The notes: generated from the sequence alone by a model not told the origin. Positions 38,926 to 51,616 are shown, counted from the first letter of the stretch. The stretch is 64,000 nucleotides of DNA from Prorocentrum cordatum (GCA_963575745.1 CAUYUJ010000081.1:558001-622000); one strand, 5' to 3'. Program-made: numbers and translations.

Positions 38926-40559
38926 CAAGGGGAACTCAATCGACTCAGTAAAAGCCTGCCCTAGCCCAAGCCAGCAAAAGCTCCAAACTGTCCTCTCTGC
39001 GCTGGCAACTTGGCACGATCTCATCTCCAGATCTTCGAAGTGAGCGACGCAGGCGGTCAGCAGCTCGGATGGCAGCCGCCCCGCCTCCTCGTTTCCATCA
39101 GATCACCCAGTTGTAGGACCCGCTTTTCGTCAAACACAGACAGAAGGCTCTGAATCAGATCAATGCCGCCCAGCGACTCGATCACGTCAGCGCCTTCGCC
39201 CGCTACCGCGTCTGCCAGGTCATTGCAGGGCGGCGCTCGCGCCTTCCACATCTGAACTCGGCGAACCCAACTCTGACAATAACGTGACTGCTTGGAAACC
39301 AACTGAAACTTGCCTACAGAGGAGGCGGGGCAGGGCAAGGTCCCCCTCGCCACTTCTTGCGTTCCCCTCGGCGTCGCCGAAACTCCGTCGAGCTGGGGGG
39401 GGGGGGCCTCGGACCGCTCGCCATGCTCTGGGTCCAGTTCCTCGTCGGCGCCTTCCTCGAGCCAAGGCTCAGCTTCTGCATCTGGTCAACCATCTTCGCC
39501 GGGGGCCTCGGCGGCGCCCGCAACCGCGGCAGCGGCGGCCGCTCCGCGGCGGCCGCGGCACGGCCGGCGAGGCCCCCATACATCGTCGGCGCGGCGCGGC
39601 TGAGCCGCGAGAGCCGGCGGCTTCAGCAGACCCCTGGGCAGTCGTGGCGACGTGCTGGACAGAGTCGAATGCGTCAGTGCCCTGGTACCTAGGCACGGGA
39701 GTGCCCACAAGGTTCAGCTGGCTCCACACTGCTCTCCTGTTTGCGAGCAACGACATGTGTACATGTACGCCCTCCGCGATCTTGAGTGCACGAACGTCCT
39801 CGTTCAAATGCCCTCCAGGGGAAGCTAACCGCGCACGCGTACATCTGTTGCTGGCCTCTGATCCTGCGAGCTAAGAACAATTTCCACTCATCCCTCGCCT
39901 ACTCGCGTTCCCGGGCGTGCCGAAGGAGGTCCAAAGACATCCAGCGCACCTGCAGGACGGCGAAGCGTAGTCTGTCCGTGATCTGCACGTGCGAACTGGC
40001 CCTGGTGGTAAACAAGTCATTCCTTGGAAGGACCGCCCGCCAATCCCTCCAGGTAACTCGCTGTCGTCCCAAACTGGGTGCTGGATGGGCCTGCGCTGCT
40101 GCTGCGCCAGCGGCGCGCTTCCAGCAGCGGTTCCTGCTCCATCTGGAGCCTCGCGTGCTGCCGTCTGCGCTCGCTCCGCCTCGACGCTCGTAGCATCGCC
40201 TCTCCCACGCGGCCGAAGCTCCTCAACAAGCGGCAACCGACCGGCTCGACAAGCACATCTCGCCTGTCACGAAGACCAGTCCACAGGACCTGCAGGCGGC
40301 CGGTCGCGTAGATGCCCCTTGCACGTCGACAGCCCACACCGTTGCCCGAAACTGGGATGATCGCCGGGCGCTCGCCGGCCGCTATCAGCTTGCGTGCCTG
40401 GTGCCGCCTCCCTTACCTCGACTTCCATACCTCCCGCGCGGGCGATGGCGCGGCGACGCGCGAGCCCTGGCCTGGGCGGGTCGGCCTGATCGCAGGGCCG
40501 ATGATTGGGCGGCATGTGCCGGTCGGGCCCCGACCGATGCTCGATCTGGTTTGAGCCCG

Positions 40560-40621
40560 ACAGACAAACAGACAGAGACAGAGACAGAGAGAAAGAGAAA
40601 CAGAGAGACAGAGAGACAGAC

Positions 40622-40685
<64 letters not shown>

Positions 40686-40910
40686 GGACGGACGGACGGA
40701 CGGACGGACGGACGGACGGACAGACAGACAGACAGACAGAAAGACAGAGAGACAGAAAGACAGAAAGACTGGCAGGCAGGCAGGCAGAAACACAGAACTC
40801 GACATAGGCACACAAACAAACTGGCACACAGGCACACTGATACGCAGACACGGACAGAAACGAAGACCGACAGACAGAGAGACAGAGTGAAGAGAGAGAG
40901 AGAGGGAGAG
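40560..40910. repeat. (GACA)n/(GACG)n/(GA)n compound microsatellite
   Basis: Direct reading. Confidence 0.95.
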
Positions 40911-42208
40911 AGAACATTTAAAACGAGAAAGAAAAGATAGTGTGGCGCGCTTGCGTGCGCACACACACACACACACACACTCTGGAACCCCCGGCCTGCG
41001 AGGCTCGCCACGTGCTTGAACGACTGCTCCGGGACCTCTGCTGGGGAGAGCAGCGGGTCGAAGACTGCGGCATCCAACATCCTGTCCACAAAACTGTGTT
41101 CAAACATCCTCCTTTCCTGTTCCTCCTCCTGCTCCTCCTCCTCCTTTCCTCCTCCTCCTCCTCCTCCTCCTCCTCCTCCTCGTCCTCCTGTTTGCCAAAG
41201 GGAGGAGAGGTGTCACTGGGCCCGCAGCCTGCCTGATCCTTCGCACAAGATGTCCACATGCACCCGTGTCGACCAGCATGAGGCAGGCTCCTGCCGTTGC
41301 GGCGTGCGCTCTGGTTTCTGTCACTGCGTGGATCCTTCAGTTCGGAAGGACATCAGCTGTCGGAGGTCCCCGAAGGCTTCTGAATGTCTTCATTCTTACG
41401 CGCCCGCGCCCACGCCCGCTGCCGCGGCCAAAACGAGAAGAACCTACAATTGCGGTTGCGACAACGGGCAAATATGCAACACATACGTCATGACAAAATC
41501 AAACAACCTCGGCCCCATCCGTCGAAACCCGGGCCTCCACCAGGCACACGACCGCGCGCGTGCCTGCCGCCGAAGGCGCCTCACCAGAATCATCCTCCTC
41601 GCGGTGCAGCGCCGGGGTGGAGGATGATAACAGGGCTACGGAGGGGGAAGAACAATGAAAAACGCAGGAGGAGAACGAGGCGGAGAACAAGGACACGGAA
41701 AATGACGGTGCGAACTCGTCTCGATGGGGGGCGGGAGGGGCCTGGTGCTGAATGCTGGAGCGCATCAAACCTGGGACCCTCAAGCTTGGCCCCAAGCCGC
41801 AGCGGCAATGATCGCGGCAGGAAGACGAGGACGAGCGCAGAAAAGGAGGCAGCGGGCAGGACGGGAACGAGGATGAGGGGCGGGGCGTTGGACGGGGGAG
41901 AGGCCGAGGGGGAGAAGGGCAAACTGGGCGCACCCGGGCCACATCCGACAGATGCCCCCTCCGAGCAATTTCAAACACATTGCATCGATCCCCATTTCCA
42001 TTCGCCGAATCGGGTGTCGGCTCGGGTCCAGATCCCTGAGGGTAACTTGCCCTGCTCGGCCTGTCGCGAAGCGGAGCAAAATGAAACCGGGCAGCGCGCA
42101 GGAAGGTCGTTCGACGTCTGGATGGAGGGAAGGGGCGAATAGTCAAACGGCGCCGCGCAAGAAACAGGGAGGAGGAGAAGGAGGAGGAGGAGAAGGAGAA
42201 GGATAATA

Positions 42209-42233
42209 AGATGATGATGATGATGATGATGAC

Positions 42234-42332
<99 letters not shown>
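42209..42332. repeat. (GAT)n microsatellite, near perfect
   Basis: Direct reading. Confidence 0.97.
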
Positions 42333-42523
42333 CCTGAGCGCACTTTTTTCTGCCTGTGCAAGAAGAGATTGAGCTCGCCAGGATCCTGCCTTCGAGGCAG
42401 GCCGCCCCGTTCACAACACGCTCAAGCCACTCGATGGCGGCACCGCCATCAAGTGAAACAAAAGCACCAGAGATGCTCCCGGTTTTGCAGAGCAAGCTGG
42501 CCACGCTGGAAAAGAGAGGCACA

Positions 42524-42990
42524 CTAACCGAGAGATTTCTGTATGACTTCAGCCGAGGGCCGGACCTCGGCATTAAGGAAGAGACGTGCAAGCGCCACAC
42601 AGAACTCACGAGGATTCTCGGCCCCTTGCCTTGTTTTAAACCCGCCCCAGGGCACGAAGGCCTGGAGCTGCTGGTGGGGCCGATGGGCGCGAGAACGAAT
42701 CCCCCGTCTGGAGCCTATGCACCGAGAATCCCTGAACGGCCCAGGGTCGAGGTCACCGAACATCAACCCCGTGTCTTTTTTTCACGGGGCGCCCCACTGA
42801 CACATGGAAGTAGTATGGAAGGCCACAGCGCGTCGGCGCGCCAAAGCTTTGAAGCGGGGAAGCAACAACAACCTGGACGTCTTAGGGTTCTCAACGCTCC
42901 ACGGGATCTTATGAATCAGACTGGTTTTAACAAACGAGTTGACACATCCCGCGCTTTTGCAAACATCCCACCAACCCACCCGCAACTTGG
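42524..42990 (-). pseudogene. C-terminal half of a divergent C5 DNA methyltransferase-like ORF
   Basis: One frame reads IPWSVENPKTSRLLLLP (motif VI-like EN), SMCQWGAP*KKDTGL (motif VIII-like), CIGSRRGIRSRAHRPH, GGFKTRQGAENPREFCVALARLF. One in-frame stop at 42782. Confidence 0.55.
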
Positions 42991-43003
42991 TTAGCAAAAC
43001 CCT

Positions 43004-43622
43004 CGACGACGACGATGACGACGCCGACGACGACGACAACGACGACACCGACGACGACGACGACGACGACGTCAACGACGCCGACGACGACGACGACGAC
43101 GACAACGACGACGACGACGACAACGGCGGCGACGACGACGACGCCGACGTCGGCGACGACGAAGACGACGACGACGCCGACGCCGACGACGACGACGAAG
43201 ACGACGACGACGACGTCGCCAACGAAGACGACGACGAGGGAGGAGGGACGGCGACGACGGCGACAACGACGACAACGATGACAACGACGAGGGAGGAGGG
43301 AGGACGGCGACGACGCGAACGACGAGGAAGGAGGAAGGACGGCGACGCCGACGACGACAACGACGAGGGAGGAGGGAAGACGACGACGACGACAACGACG
43401 AGGACGACGACGACGACGACGGCGCGATAGGAGGGACGACGACGAGACGCCGACGACGGACGACGAAGACGACGACGAGGGAGGAGGAGGAAGAACGACC
43501 ACGGCGACAACGACGACGGAAACGACCACGACGCCAAAGAGGACGACGACGACGAACACGAGGAAAGACAGAGGACGACGTGACGACGACGACGACGACG
43601 ACGACGACGCGGGAGGAGGGAG

Positions 43623-43655
<33 letters not shown>
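43004..43655. repeat. (GAC)n imperfect microsatellite
   Basis: Direct reading. Confidence 0.95.
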
Positions 43656-43656
<1 letters not shown>

Positions 43657-43683
43657 CAAGAGCGCGCGCGCACGCTTTTGTTG

Positions 43684-44100
43684 AAAATCCGTGTTGCGAA
43701 ACCTTGGGTTTTTGCAGGCTTCTTGGAGACACGATTTTGAATTCCTTCCGAAACCGATGGGTTTTGAAGGATTTCGGCATACGCGCGCGACGACGCGCGC
43801 GTCTGCACTTCGTCCCATTTGTTGCAGAGGATTCTCGCGACGGCACACGCGCTAGGGCGTTCGACAGATTTCGACATGCCGTTTAATAGCATTTTGCAAA
43901 AATCGGGAAAACCTATGGTTTTCTTAAGATTTCGCAAGAGCTCGCGCGGAAGCTTTTTTAGCAAATCAGTGTTGCGAAACCCTGTGTTGTTCTATGTGCT
44001 TTGGAAACTCGATTGCGAAATCCTTCCGGCACCGAAGGTTTTTGAAGGATTTCGGCATGCGCGCGCGACGACGCGCGCTCGTGCACTTCGTCCCATGTTT
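43684..44100. repeat. ~140-bp direct repeat pair spaced ~278 bp
   Basis: aaatc.gtgttgcgaaacc...gaaggatttcggcat.cgcgcgcgacgacgcgcgc...gcacttcgtcccat at ~43684-43820 and ~43963-44097. Confidence 0.85.
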
Positions 44101-44166
44101 TCCAAGGGATGCGTGAAAAATGCTATGCTTGAGCAAAAAATGTCACCGCACAGTATTAAAAAAAAA

Positions 44167-44171
44167 ATATA

Positions 44172-44243
<72 letters not shown>

Positions 44244-44332
44244 CTATATATAAATATATACATATATGTATGTATTATTTATATATATACATATATATAA
44301 TAATAAAAATAATAATAATATATATATATATA
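44167..44332. repeat. (TA)n-rich microsatellite
   Basis: Direct reading. Confidence 0.95.
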
Positions 44333-44339
44333 TTAACAA

Positions 44340-45474
44340 AAAAAAATCGACCCACGAACCCAGAAAGGAATATAGAAATGAAAGGCATTGCAACGTTTCA
44401 AACACACATGATTGGGCGACGGGCACATGCAATGCTGAATGTATCGGTGATGATGTACTGTGCCGACGGCTGTGCTGTGCTACGCCGTGCTGAACTGCGA
44501 TGTGCCATGCCGCGACTGTGCTCTATGTAGCGTTGTGGATCGAGTCCTCCCTGGCATCCGAGTCCTCACCGAACTGATCTGGAGCGTAAGCTCGAGCTGC
44601 CTGAGCAGATGGTAGCTGCCCCAGAACTAATCGACAGAGGAAACATGCCAGGAGGACGCGCCGCGGAACGTCCCAAGGGACGCGCCAGGCGACGTGCCAG
44701 GGGACGTGCCATGGGCACGCACCGCGGGACGTGCCCAGGGGACGCGCTACGGAACGCGCCAATGGACGTGCACCGCGCGACGTGCCAGGGGGGACTCGCC
44801 ACGGGACGCTCCGAGGCTGCAATGCTAAGGGTATCGATATTGATGTACCGTGCCGAGGGCTGTGCTGTGCCTGGGCGACCTGGAACCGTGAAAACACGCG
44901 TTTCGCTCAGGACGTTGTCAGCACATCCTCATGCTAGACATCCGCCTGGCAACCTGGACACGTGCAAACAAGCGTCTCGTTCGAGACATCCTCAACAAAT
45001 CCTCATGCTAGACATCCGCCTGGGCGACCTGGACACGTGAAAACAAGCCTCTGGTTCGAGACATCCTCAACAAATCCTCATGCTAGACATCTGTCTGGGC
45101 CACCTGGAGGCGTGAAACCAAGCGTCTCGCTCGAGACATCCTCAAGACCTGGGCACATGAAAACAAGCATTCCACTTGAGAGATCCTCAGAATTCAGGCC
45201 CCCAGGAGAGGACAATGTGTAACACAAAACAAGCGCCTCGCTCGAGACAGCCTCAACAAATTATGAAAAACAAGCGTTTCGCTAGGGACATCCTCAATGT
45301 TTAATTCGCCGGCCCTCTTCCCACCCGTTATTGCTCGCAAAAGAAATCCGCTGGGCCTGGGCCTGAAGCCCCGGAAACCCTGGGCTTGAAGCCCTTTCCT
45401 GGGCCCTGAGCGTCAAAACCGGCGAGAAACAAACTAAAAGAGAACCCTGGGCCTGAAGCCCTTTCCGGGAAAAA
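44340..45474. mobile_element. Family A element, uninterrupted copy (~1.13 kb)
   Basis: Starts aaaatcgacccacgaacccagaaagg; core; 75-bp array; ends ctaaaagagaaccctgggcctgaagccctttccgggaaaaa. Confidence 0.8.
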
Positions 45475-45616
45475 CATGGAAACCTCAAGGGGGGGATACC
45501 GGCTGGCCTGGGACATTGCGATTCCATAGTTAGGATGGACATGTGGTCCGAATCTTATATGATTCACAAACCCGAAAGGGGGACCGATAACGCCGGGGGG
45601 GGATCCTATTCTGTTT

Positions 45617-45980
45617 TTAGAAAAGAGAATTAACGCAAGCTAGAGTAGCGATGAAACTGTTGAGAACATTGGACACGTCAACGATCGCTTGTAAGCGAGG
45701 CTTCAGGCCGGGGAGGCCGAGGAGGTGGAGGTCGCAGCGAACAGAAGGGGCCCCGACGCCATGGTCGGGCGCCCGGTCAGAGCAGCGCAAGGAACGCCAG
45801 CATGCCATCCTCTGATGCGACCTGCAAGCATCTAGGACAGGACGAGCGAGGGAATACAGGGCCGAGAAAGGTCTTGCTTTTCCCCCAGCGACGTGTCCTC
45901 ATAAGCACTGGCATGCCCAACTGAGCCACAGCTTTACCGAAACCACCTGCTCCCGAGAACACATCTAAAATCACTGGCGG
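45617..45980 (-). pseudogene. N-terminal half of a C5 cytosine methyltransferase-like domain
   Basis: VILDVFSGAGGFGKA (motif I, FxGxG); after a frameshift LAGRIRGWHAGVPC (motif IV, PC); after another RAPDHGVGAPSVRCDLHLLGLPGL..VDVSN. Confidence 0.7.
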
Positions 45981-47509
45981 GCGAAGCAAACGGGCGCTAC
46001 TGGCGAGGGCAGGCCGTGGCGTGACTGGCTCAGATTCACGGCGCACGCCTCTGCGCGCCGGCGCCGCGCGGCGGGCAGCTTGCGCAGCTGCCCGGTCAGC
46101 CGCCCGCCTTTCTCGCACCTCCTGGCCGAGCCCCGCGACTTCCAGCGGCCCCGGCGCCTGATCTGCTCGAGGTCCCTCAGCGAGGCCGCGCAGTCGTGGC
46201 TCGGGCTCGAGTGGCGCAGCTGGCAGACGCGGCAGGCCCCGAGCTTCGCCAAGCCGAGCGCCTTCACCGCCTGGCGCCAGGCATTCGCCACCTCGCGCTG
46301 GCTGGCGACGAAGAGAGGCGCGGCAGCAGGGGCCCCCCCGCGGCGGCGCGCCGCCGCCATCGCCAGCAGCCCCTCGGCGAGGCCCGCCTGCCTGTCGAGA
46401 TCCAGCCGCGCCGAGGCGTCGAACTCGCCTGTCTTCGAGACGTCACCGACCTCCTGCACGCGCAGAGTCACCGACGCGTAGCGATGGGCCCCCGAGGCAG
46501 CCGCCGACGGCGGCGCCACGTCCTGAAGCCGCAGCCCGTGAATCGTTCCTGGGCGGCCGTAGATCTCGAAGAGGAGCCAAATCGCGAAAGCCTCCGGGGT
46601 GCTCTGAAGATGCGATAGATAGTTGACTATCATGGCGACGACCTCGCACGGCAGGGCCACGCGGCTGCGAGGCGGCGCGAGGTTGCGCCACCCCTCGGCG
46701 GCCTGCTTCGAGAGCGGCAGGTCGAGGGGCCCCGTCTTCGCATAGCGCGGATCGAGCCAGGCTGCTGCCGCTATCATGCGGTTGGCGCATGTCTGGTGGT
46801 AGCCCTGCCCGATGAGGTGTTTGAGGTAGTCGCGCACGGCCCTGTCGAGCTGCGCCGGGTCGCTGGCGGCACGGCGCCTCTGACTCGCCCAGGCGTCGAA
46901 GCCCTTCAGCATGCCGGTGCAAACCTGGCGGCCCGCAGCGGTCCTCACCGACGCCACGCTGAGCACAGGCATGCCTGGCGGCGGCTCGATCAGGCGCGCC
47001 CTCTGCTGCGCCGTAGACTGAGCGCTCGAGCCCGGGCGGCTCTCTGACGAAGCCCGGGGGACAGGCCAGTCCACCAGGCAGCTGGCAGGCCCAGGCGCCG
47101 CGCGCGCCAGCGTCGCCGCCGCCAGGAGCACGCCCGGGGCTGCCGCGGGACGCCTGCGCGGATAGACCTGGAGGGGCGCCGAACTCATCACTGGGAAGAG
47201 CGAGAGCACTGCCGGCAGGAGCGCGAACAACAACACATGGAAAGATACGAATCGTTCTCGGGCCCCGAGGCGGCCGAGGGCGGACACGGCGACGACGCCC
47301 CGAGACTCCCCCATGGTGGCCATTTTCGGGGCCGCAGCGATCGAAGTGCTCCTCCTCCTCCACCGAGTCATAGTGCTCGTAGTGCGGTGTCTGGCCACGT
47401 GCGCGATGATGTGCTGCTCCTCCGTGCAGGTCATGGCCGTGCTCCTGTTCGTGCTGACCTCCACCCCCCTCGCGCGCGCGCTGACGTCCATGTCCGCGCG
47501 GGGCGACAA
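45971..47509 (-). pseudogene. Tyrosine recombinase of DIRS-type element; catalytic Tyr appears replaced by Cys
   Basis: SVRTAAGRQVC, LDRAVRDYL, GWRNLAP, IYGRPGT (R), SKTGEFD (K), CQLRHSSPSHD (xLRH), RGRWKS (W), SARRCEK (expected RRYEK). Confidence 0.88.
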
Positions 47510-47572
47510 CGATGTCTATGACGAGGGGGTCCTGGAGGCCCACGGGCTCGGGGGACTTGTTGGGGCTTTCCT

Positions 47573-49760
47573 TTAATGCAACTGCCGACGGCAGGCCGGG
47601 GCCCCCCCGGCCTCTTGACGGGCCATCAGCCACATTATACTCAGACGGGATCCAACGCATACAGAAAGAGCCCCCCGAAGCCAATGAGAGGGCACAAATA
47701 CGACGCATGATGGACAACACGGCGCGAGCGTGAGCTCGCATCCTGGACGCAGCAGAGACAGACGCCAGCGAATCTCCCAAGACGAGCAGCCTCTGACCAT
47801 TACTCCGAGAAGCCCGCAGCGCATGGCGAACATGATAGAGAACAGCACGGGCCTCAAGCACGGGCACCCCTTCGAGGCGGTCCCACTTCCGGCGCCCTGT
47901 GACGCGCCATGAACAATTTTCCAAACATGTCTTGGGAACCTTGGGAAAAGCCAGGAGGTCACGCTCCACTGGCGGGCCGACGGGCTGGCAGTCGCCTGAC
48001 TGACAGGCGGGCGAAGGCAAGACTGCCTCGAGCCCCAGGCCGCAGGCAGCGACCGCGTCGGCGGCAGACTCGGCAGCGCGAGCACGAAGACGAGGAGGCA
48101 AGCGCTCAGCCCTGCTCTCACGATGGCGCCCGACCTCCCGAGCTTGGTCACCTCCCACACGGCGTCGCAGGCACCCAACCCCCAAGGGGAGGCGACAACG
48201 CAGCCGACAGAAGGGGACCACTGAGCATGGAGATCAATCCAGTAGGGGGGCAACGCCATCCCAGGCCATGAACTCCTGCCTAACCTGAGCCCAGAGGGGC
48301 ACCTCCTGGTGGTAGCACTTCTGCACGAAGCGGAAGCACGACTCGAGAATGCTGAGCCCCTCACGGCGCGCGAGGGCGACGAATATGACGTGGCCCAGCA
48401 CGCGCTCAATGTCCCGGCCAGAAGCACGGCCACGCCGTAGGAGACCTCGGACTGCCAGACGAACTCGCCAGAGCCTGGACGCAGAAGCCGAGAGGCAGCC
48501 CGAATTTGTGATCGACCACCCCAGCACGGCACACTCGCCCTCGTTGTCACCGAGGTGCGCCTCATGCGGGACGAACAAGCCGCGAAGCTTGAGCTCCCCC
48601 ATGGCATTGGAGACCGCCGCCCTGACAGCCGTCACGCCGTAGCCGATGATCACGAAGTTGTCGACGTACTCAAGGTGGAACGCGGGGTCCAGCGTTGGGG
48701 CGGGGCGGCCATCACGAGGTCGCGAGGCACCATTGCACCCCGCAGCTTCGGCGATGCGCTCCATCATCGACTGGCACCACCACGTGGCCCACGACCAGGC
48801 CATGGGGACCACCCTCAAGCGCGGGAAGAGCTTGGCGGACGCCTGAACACTCTTGCCCCCGAGGCTGTTGACGCCGACGGCACCAGCGCGAACAGGCCTG
48901 ATGGCGAAATAAGAGCGCAGCTCCTTCGGCAGCCCCAGGCGGTGGAAGGCATCCTCCAGGTCGGCGCCCTCCACAGTGAGCAGGGCATCGTCGTCGGCCA
49001 TCCCCGCGGACCCGAAGGCGTCGCCAGCGACCAGGCGGGCGCCCAGGGGCTCGGCGAACACCTCGTTGGAGCGACGGCAGTCGGCAACCATGCGGAGGCG
49101 ACCACCTGTCTTCTTTTCGAAAAAGACGTCGGCCCCCACGCCATCCTCCAGGTGGAAGTCGACGAGGTGCCGCTCATATACGAGTTGAACAAAACTGGAC
49201 CAGCGCCGCTGATCACGTAGAAGAGGATCAGAGTAGGGCACAGGCACTGAGCTGCGTCGCAAGCGGGCGGCCGCCTCGCTCGGATCGGGCACGCTCTGCT
49301 GAACGAACTGTTCAACCTCGGCTTGCCCGCCCCCGCCCCACCCCGCCACCACCACCACCACCACCGCGCGTCGGCCAGCGGCGCGGGGGCGGAACTGGCG
49401 TCCGGCAGGTCGTCGCTCCCGAGGGGCGACTGCTCGACAGCGCAGGCGCCCCCGGCCACGCGAAGCTGCACCAGCGCTTCCGCGGGAGGAGAAGGCGGAG
49501 CGCCAAGATACCGAACCGACTCCTCGATGCGAACGCGGCGCGAACTCTGAACAAGTGACGGCCCCACATTTCTTGCGCTGCGGCCACGACCACACGTCAA
49601 TAATGGATCACGAAGCCAAGTCGAAGAGCCCACAGCGCGGAGCACATCGTTACAGACGACGATCCTCTGCCCCAACCTCACCCGCGCCGCTGGCGAGCGA
49701 AGCGGCAGCAGTCTTATCGAGCGGTTCGGAGGCCGGCGGGCGCGGCAGGGGAAAGATGCC
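47573..49760 (-). pseudogene. DIRS-type pol: reverse transcriptase + RNase H, frameshifted
   Basis: RT: FFEKKTGGRLRMVADCRRSN, DLEDAFHRL, PMAWSWATWWCQ, EYVDNF, VLGW, IERVLGH. RNase H: CVVASPWG (DAS-like), PVLEARA, VLGDS, RWIPSEYNVADGPSR. Confidence 0.92.
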
Positions 49761-49885
49761 CCGGGGCCGACGTGCCCCAAAATCGCGGACGTCCTGAGCG
49801 ATGGCGGGCACGCCGCGTGGACCCCGACGGGAGGGGTTCTGATCGCGCCTTGGCACGCCATCCGAAGCCAAGGCGAGTGGCGGTC

Positions 49886-51106
49886 TCAGCCATTTGTGCG
49901 CCTGGACCCCCGCTCCCCACGGGCCCGGCGCAGACTCTTGTGCAACTTCGCCTCCTTCTCAACGTCGCCGCGCACGCGCTCGATCAGGTCGGGCGAGGCC
50001 ATCACCGAGACGTAGATCGGGAGACCCCCGAGAACGCGGCCTGCCCCTCCAGACTCATCTTGCCTGCGACGTCCTTGCTCTCGGCGTCCTTAGCCTTGCC
50101 CCAGTGAGCGAACTCAATGGTCTGGAGCCTCCTGAACTTCATTTCGATGCTGATCAAGTTCGTGCCATCCAGAAGGTTCTGGCACGTGGCGGCCTTGATC
50201 TGCTGGCACAACTGATAGTGCTCCTGGACGCCCCGGTCGGTGGCCCCGGAAGTGCTCGTGGTGGCCCTCGATGCCGAGGCCCTCGCGCTGAAGGTAGCTC
50301 ATGCACCATCCAGCGGTCCGCGGCCCCGGCAGCGCCCAGTCCGATCAAAAATCCCCCTGGCGCGTCATCTCCACCATTCTGTGCCACGGCACGTCTCGAC
50401 GGCCCTGCGCATCGCGAACGATCGGCAGGATCCTCGCGTCCGCGTCGACCGCCTTGCGCAAGAATGACTCCAGCGCTGCAGGCGGTACCAGCTCGACGAA
50501 AAGCCCCCGGCCGTCGGGCAGCACGTGGATGCCCCTGTCCTGGATGCGGGCCGCCGTCGGAACGTGGCCAGGCACCTCGTCGCCGATGCGGTACCCACCC
50601 TCGCAAGCCGCGGCGCGCCGCACGCCCGCCGGGTCGCCAGCGGCGGGGCCGCCCCCAGCGAGCACGGCGCCCCTCAGCAAGCCCGAGGCGGGACCAGCTG
50701 GCGCCACAGGCGCCACCACGGGGCCGCCCCCAGGCGCAACCAGCGGCCGCAGGTTGGCGAGCAAGCCCAGGTTGCCAACTGCCTGAGCCCGACGACGGCA
50801 CTCGCCCATCGCCACCTGCTCGGCCTCCAGCGACAGCTGCGCAAGCTCGGCGTCCGTGGGCTCGGCACGCAACCTGTACACCTGGTCGGCCGCGATCCCA
50901 AGCGGCGGAGGATCGAAGCTGCCGAACCTCGCCGCCTGCACATCAGGATTGTTGGCGGTGGCGACGATGTACAGATCATCATCCGCCGTATAGATGACGT
51001 GGTCAACTTCCGACAACGCCACCCGGCCCAGACTCAAGTGCTGGTGCCAGACCACCTCGCCTGCGAAAAAGACGTGCACCCATCGTGTCGTCGCGACTGC
51101 CGCCAT
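49886..51106 (-). pseudogene. Gag-like ORF of DIRS-type element, interrupted
   Basis: Lies upstream of pol. Continuous protein-like text across a stop and frameshifts: WHQHLSL..IYTADDDLY, DARILPI, DWALPGPRTAGW, EMKFRRLQTIE, EAKLHKSLRRAR. Confidence 0.7.
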
Positions 51107-51547
51107 CGTCCACACCAGCGAAGCCACGGCTGCGAGGGCGGCCGTCCCTCCTGAGCACCGCGCAGCAGCACCCGAAGAAGGCCGCCGCCAACCAGCACCG
51201 AGGCCAGCGCACGCGCGTCGACCGCCGCGTCGGCGACCACGCTGCCAGCCGCACTCGCAAGAGGCGGCCTCTGGAGCGGCCAAGCCCGGCGAGGGCTCAA
51301 ACGCCGCGCACGGGGCGCACGCAGGGCAGACGCACGCCGGGCAAGGGGCAGCCGCCGGGCAGCTGACGGGCGCCGCCTCCGCGCACGGTGGGATAGCAGG
51401 GCACTGCAGCGAGCAGCTCGGGCAGGCGGCAGGCGTGCCGCACGCCAGGATGCAGGTAGGGCACGGAGGGCAAGATGGTTCCTGCGGGCACCTGGTCAGG
51501 TAGGAGACCACCCCAGTCAGGGCGTGGTTGGTGAGCCTCTCCCACAT
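51107..51547 (-). CDS. Cys/Pro-rich (CPxC) segment upstream of, and in frame with, the gag-like ORF; function unknown
   Basis: MWERLTNHALTGVVSYLTRCPQEPSCPPCPTCILAC..CPSCSLQCP..CPACVCPACAPC..CEC. Confidence 0.5.
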
Positions 51548-51616
51548 ACTCAAGACTTGAGCAACCCAAACGGCGGCGGCCCAAAGAGAGCATCGGAAAC
51601 CCGTGAAATCACGACA

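Larger units (their letters stand above)
45617..51600 (-). mobile_element. Tyrosine-recombinase (DIRS-order) retrotransposon 1, degenerate: Cys-rich ORF, gag-like, RT/RNase H, YR, C5-MTase-like
   Basis: Collinear domains on one strand (see sub-features). Termini not identified. Confidence 0.9.

Noticed and set aside
39057..39353. RNase H C-terminus (CNDLADAVAGEGA)
   Set aside because: A single motif without the upstream catalytic residues.
45971..47509. Phage integrase or prophage
   Set aside because: The YR is collinear with DIRS-type RT, RNase H and gag in a eukaryote-like repeat context, with no phage genes.
48234..49595. Retron, DGR or group II intron RT system
   Set aside because: Motifs (LRMVADCR, PMAWSWA, YVDN) and the attached RNase H are DIRS-type. 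No template/variable repeat pair or msr-msd structure was seen.
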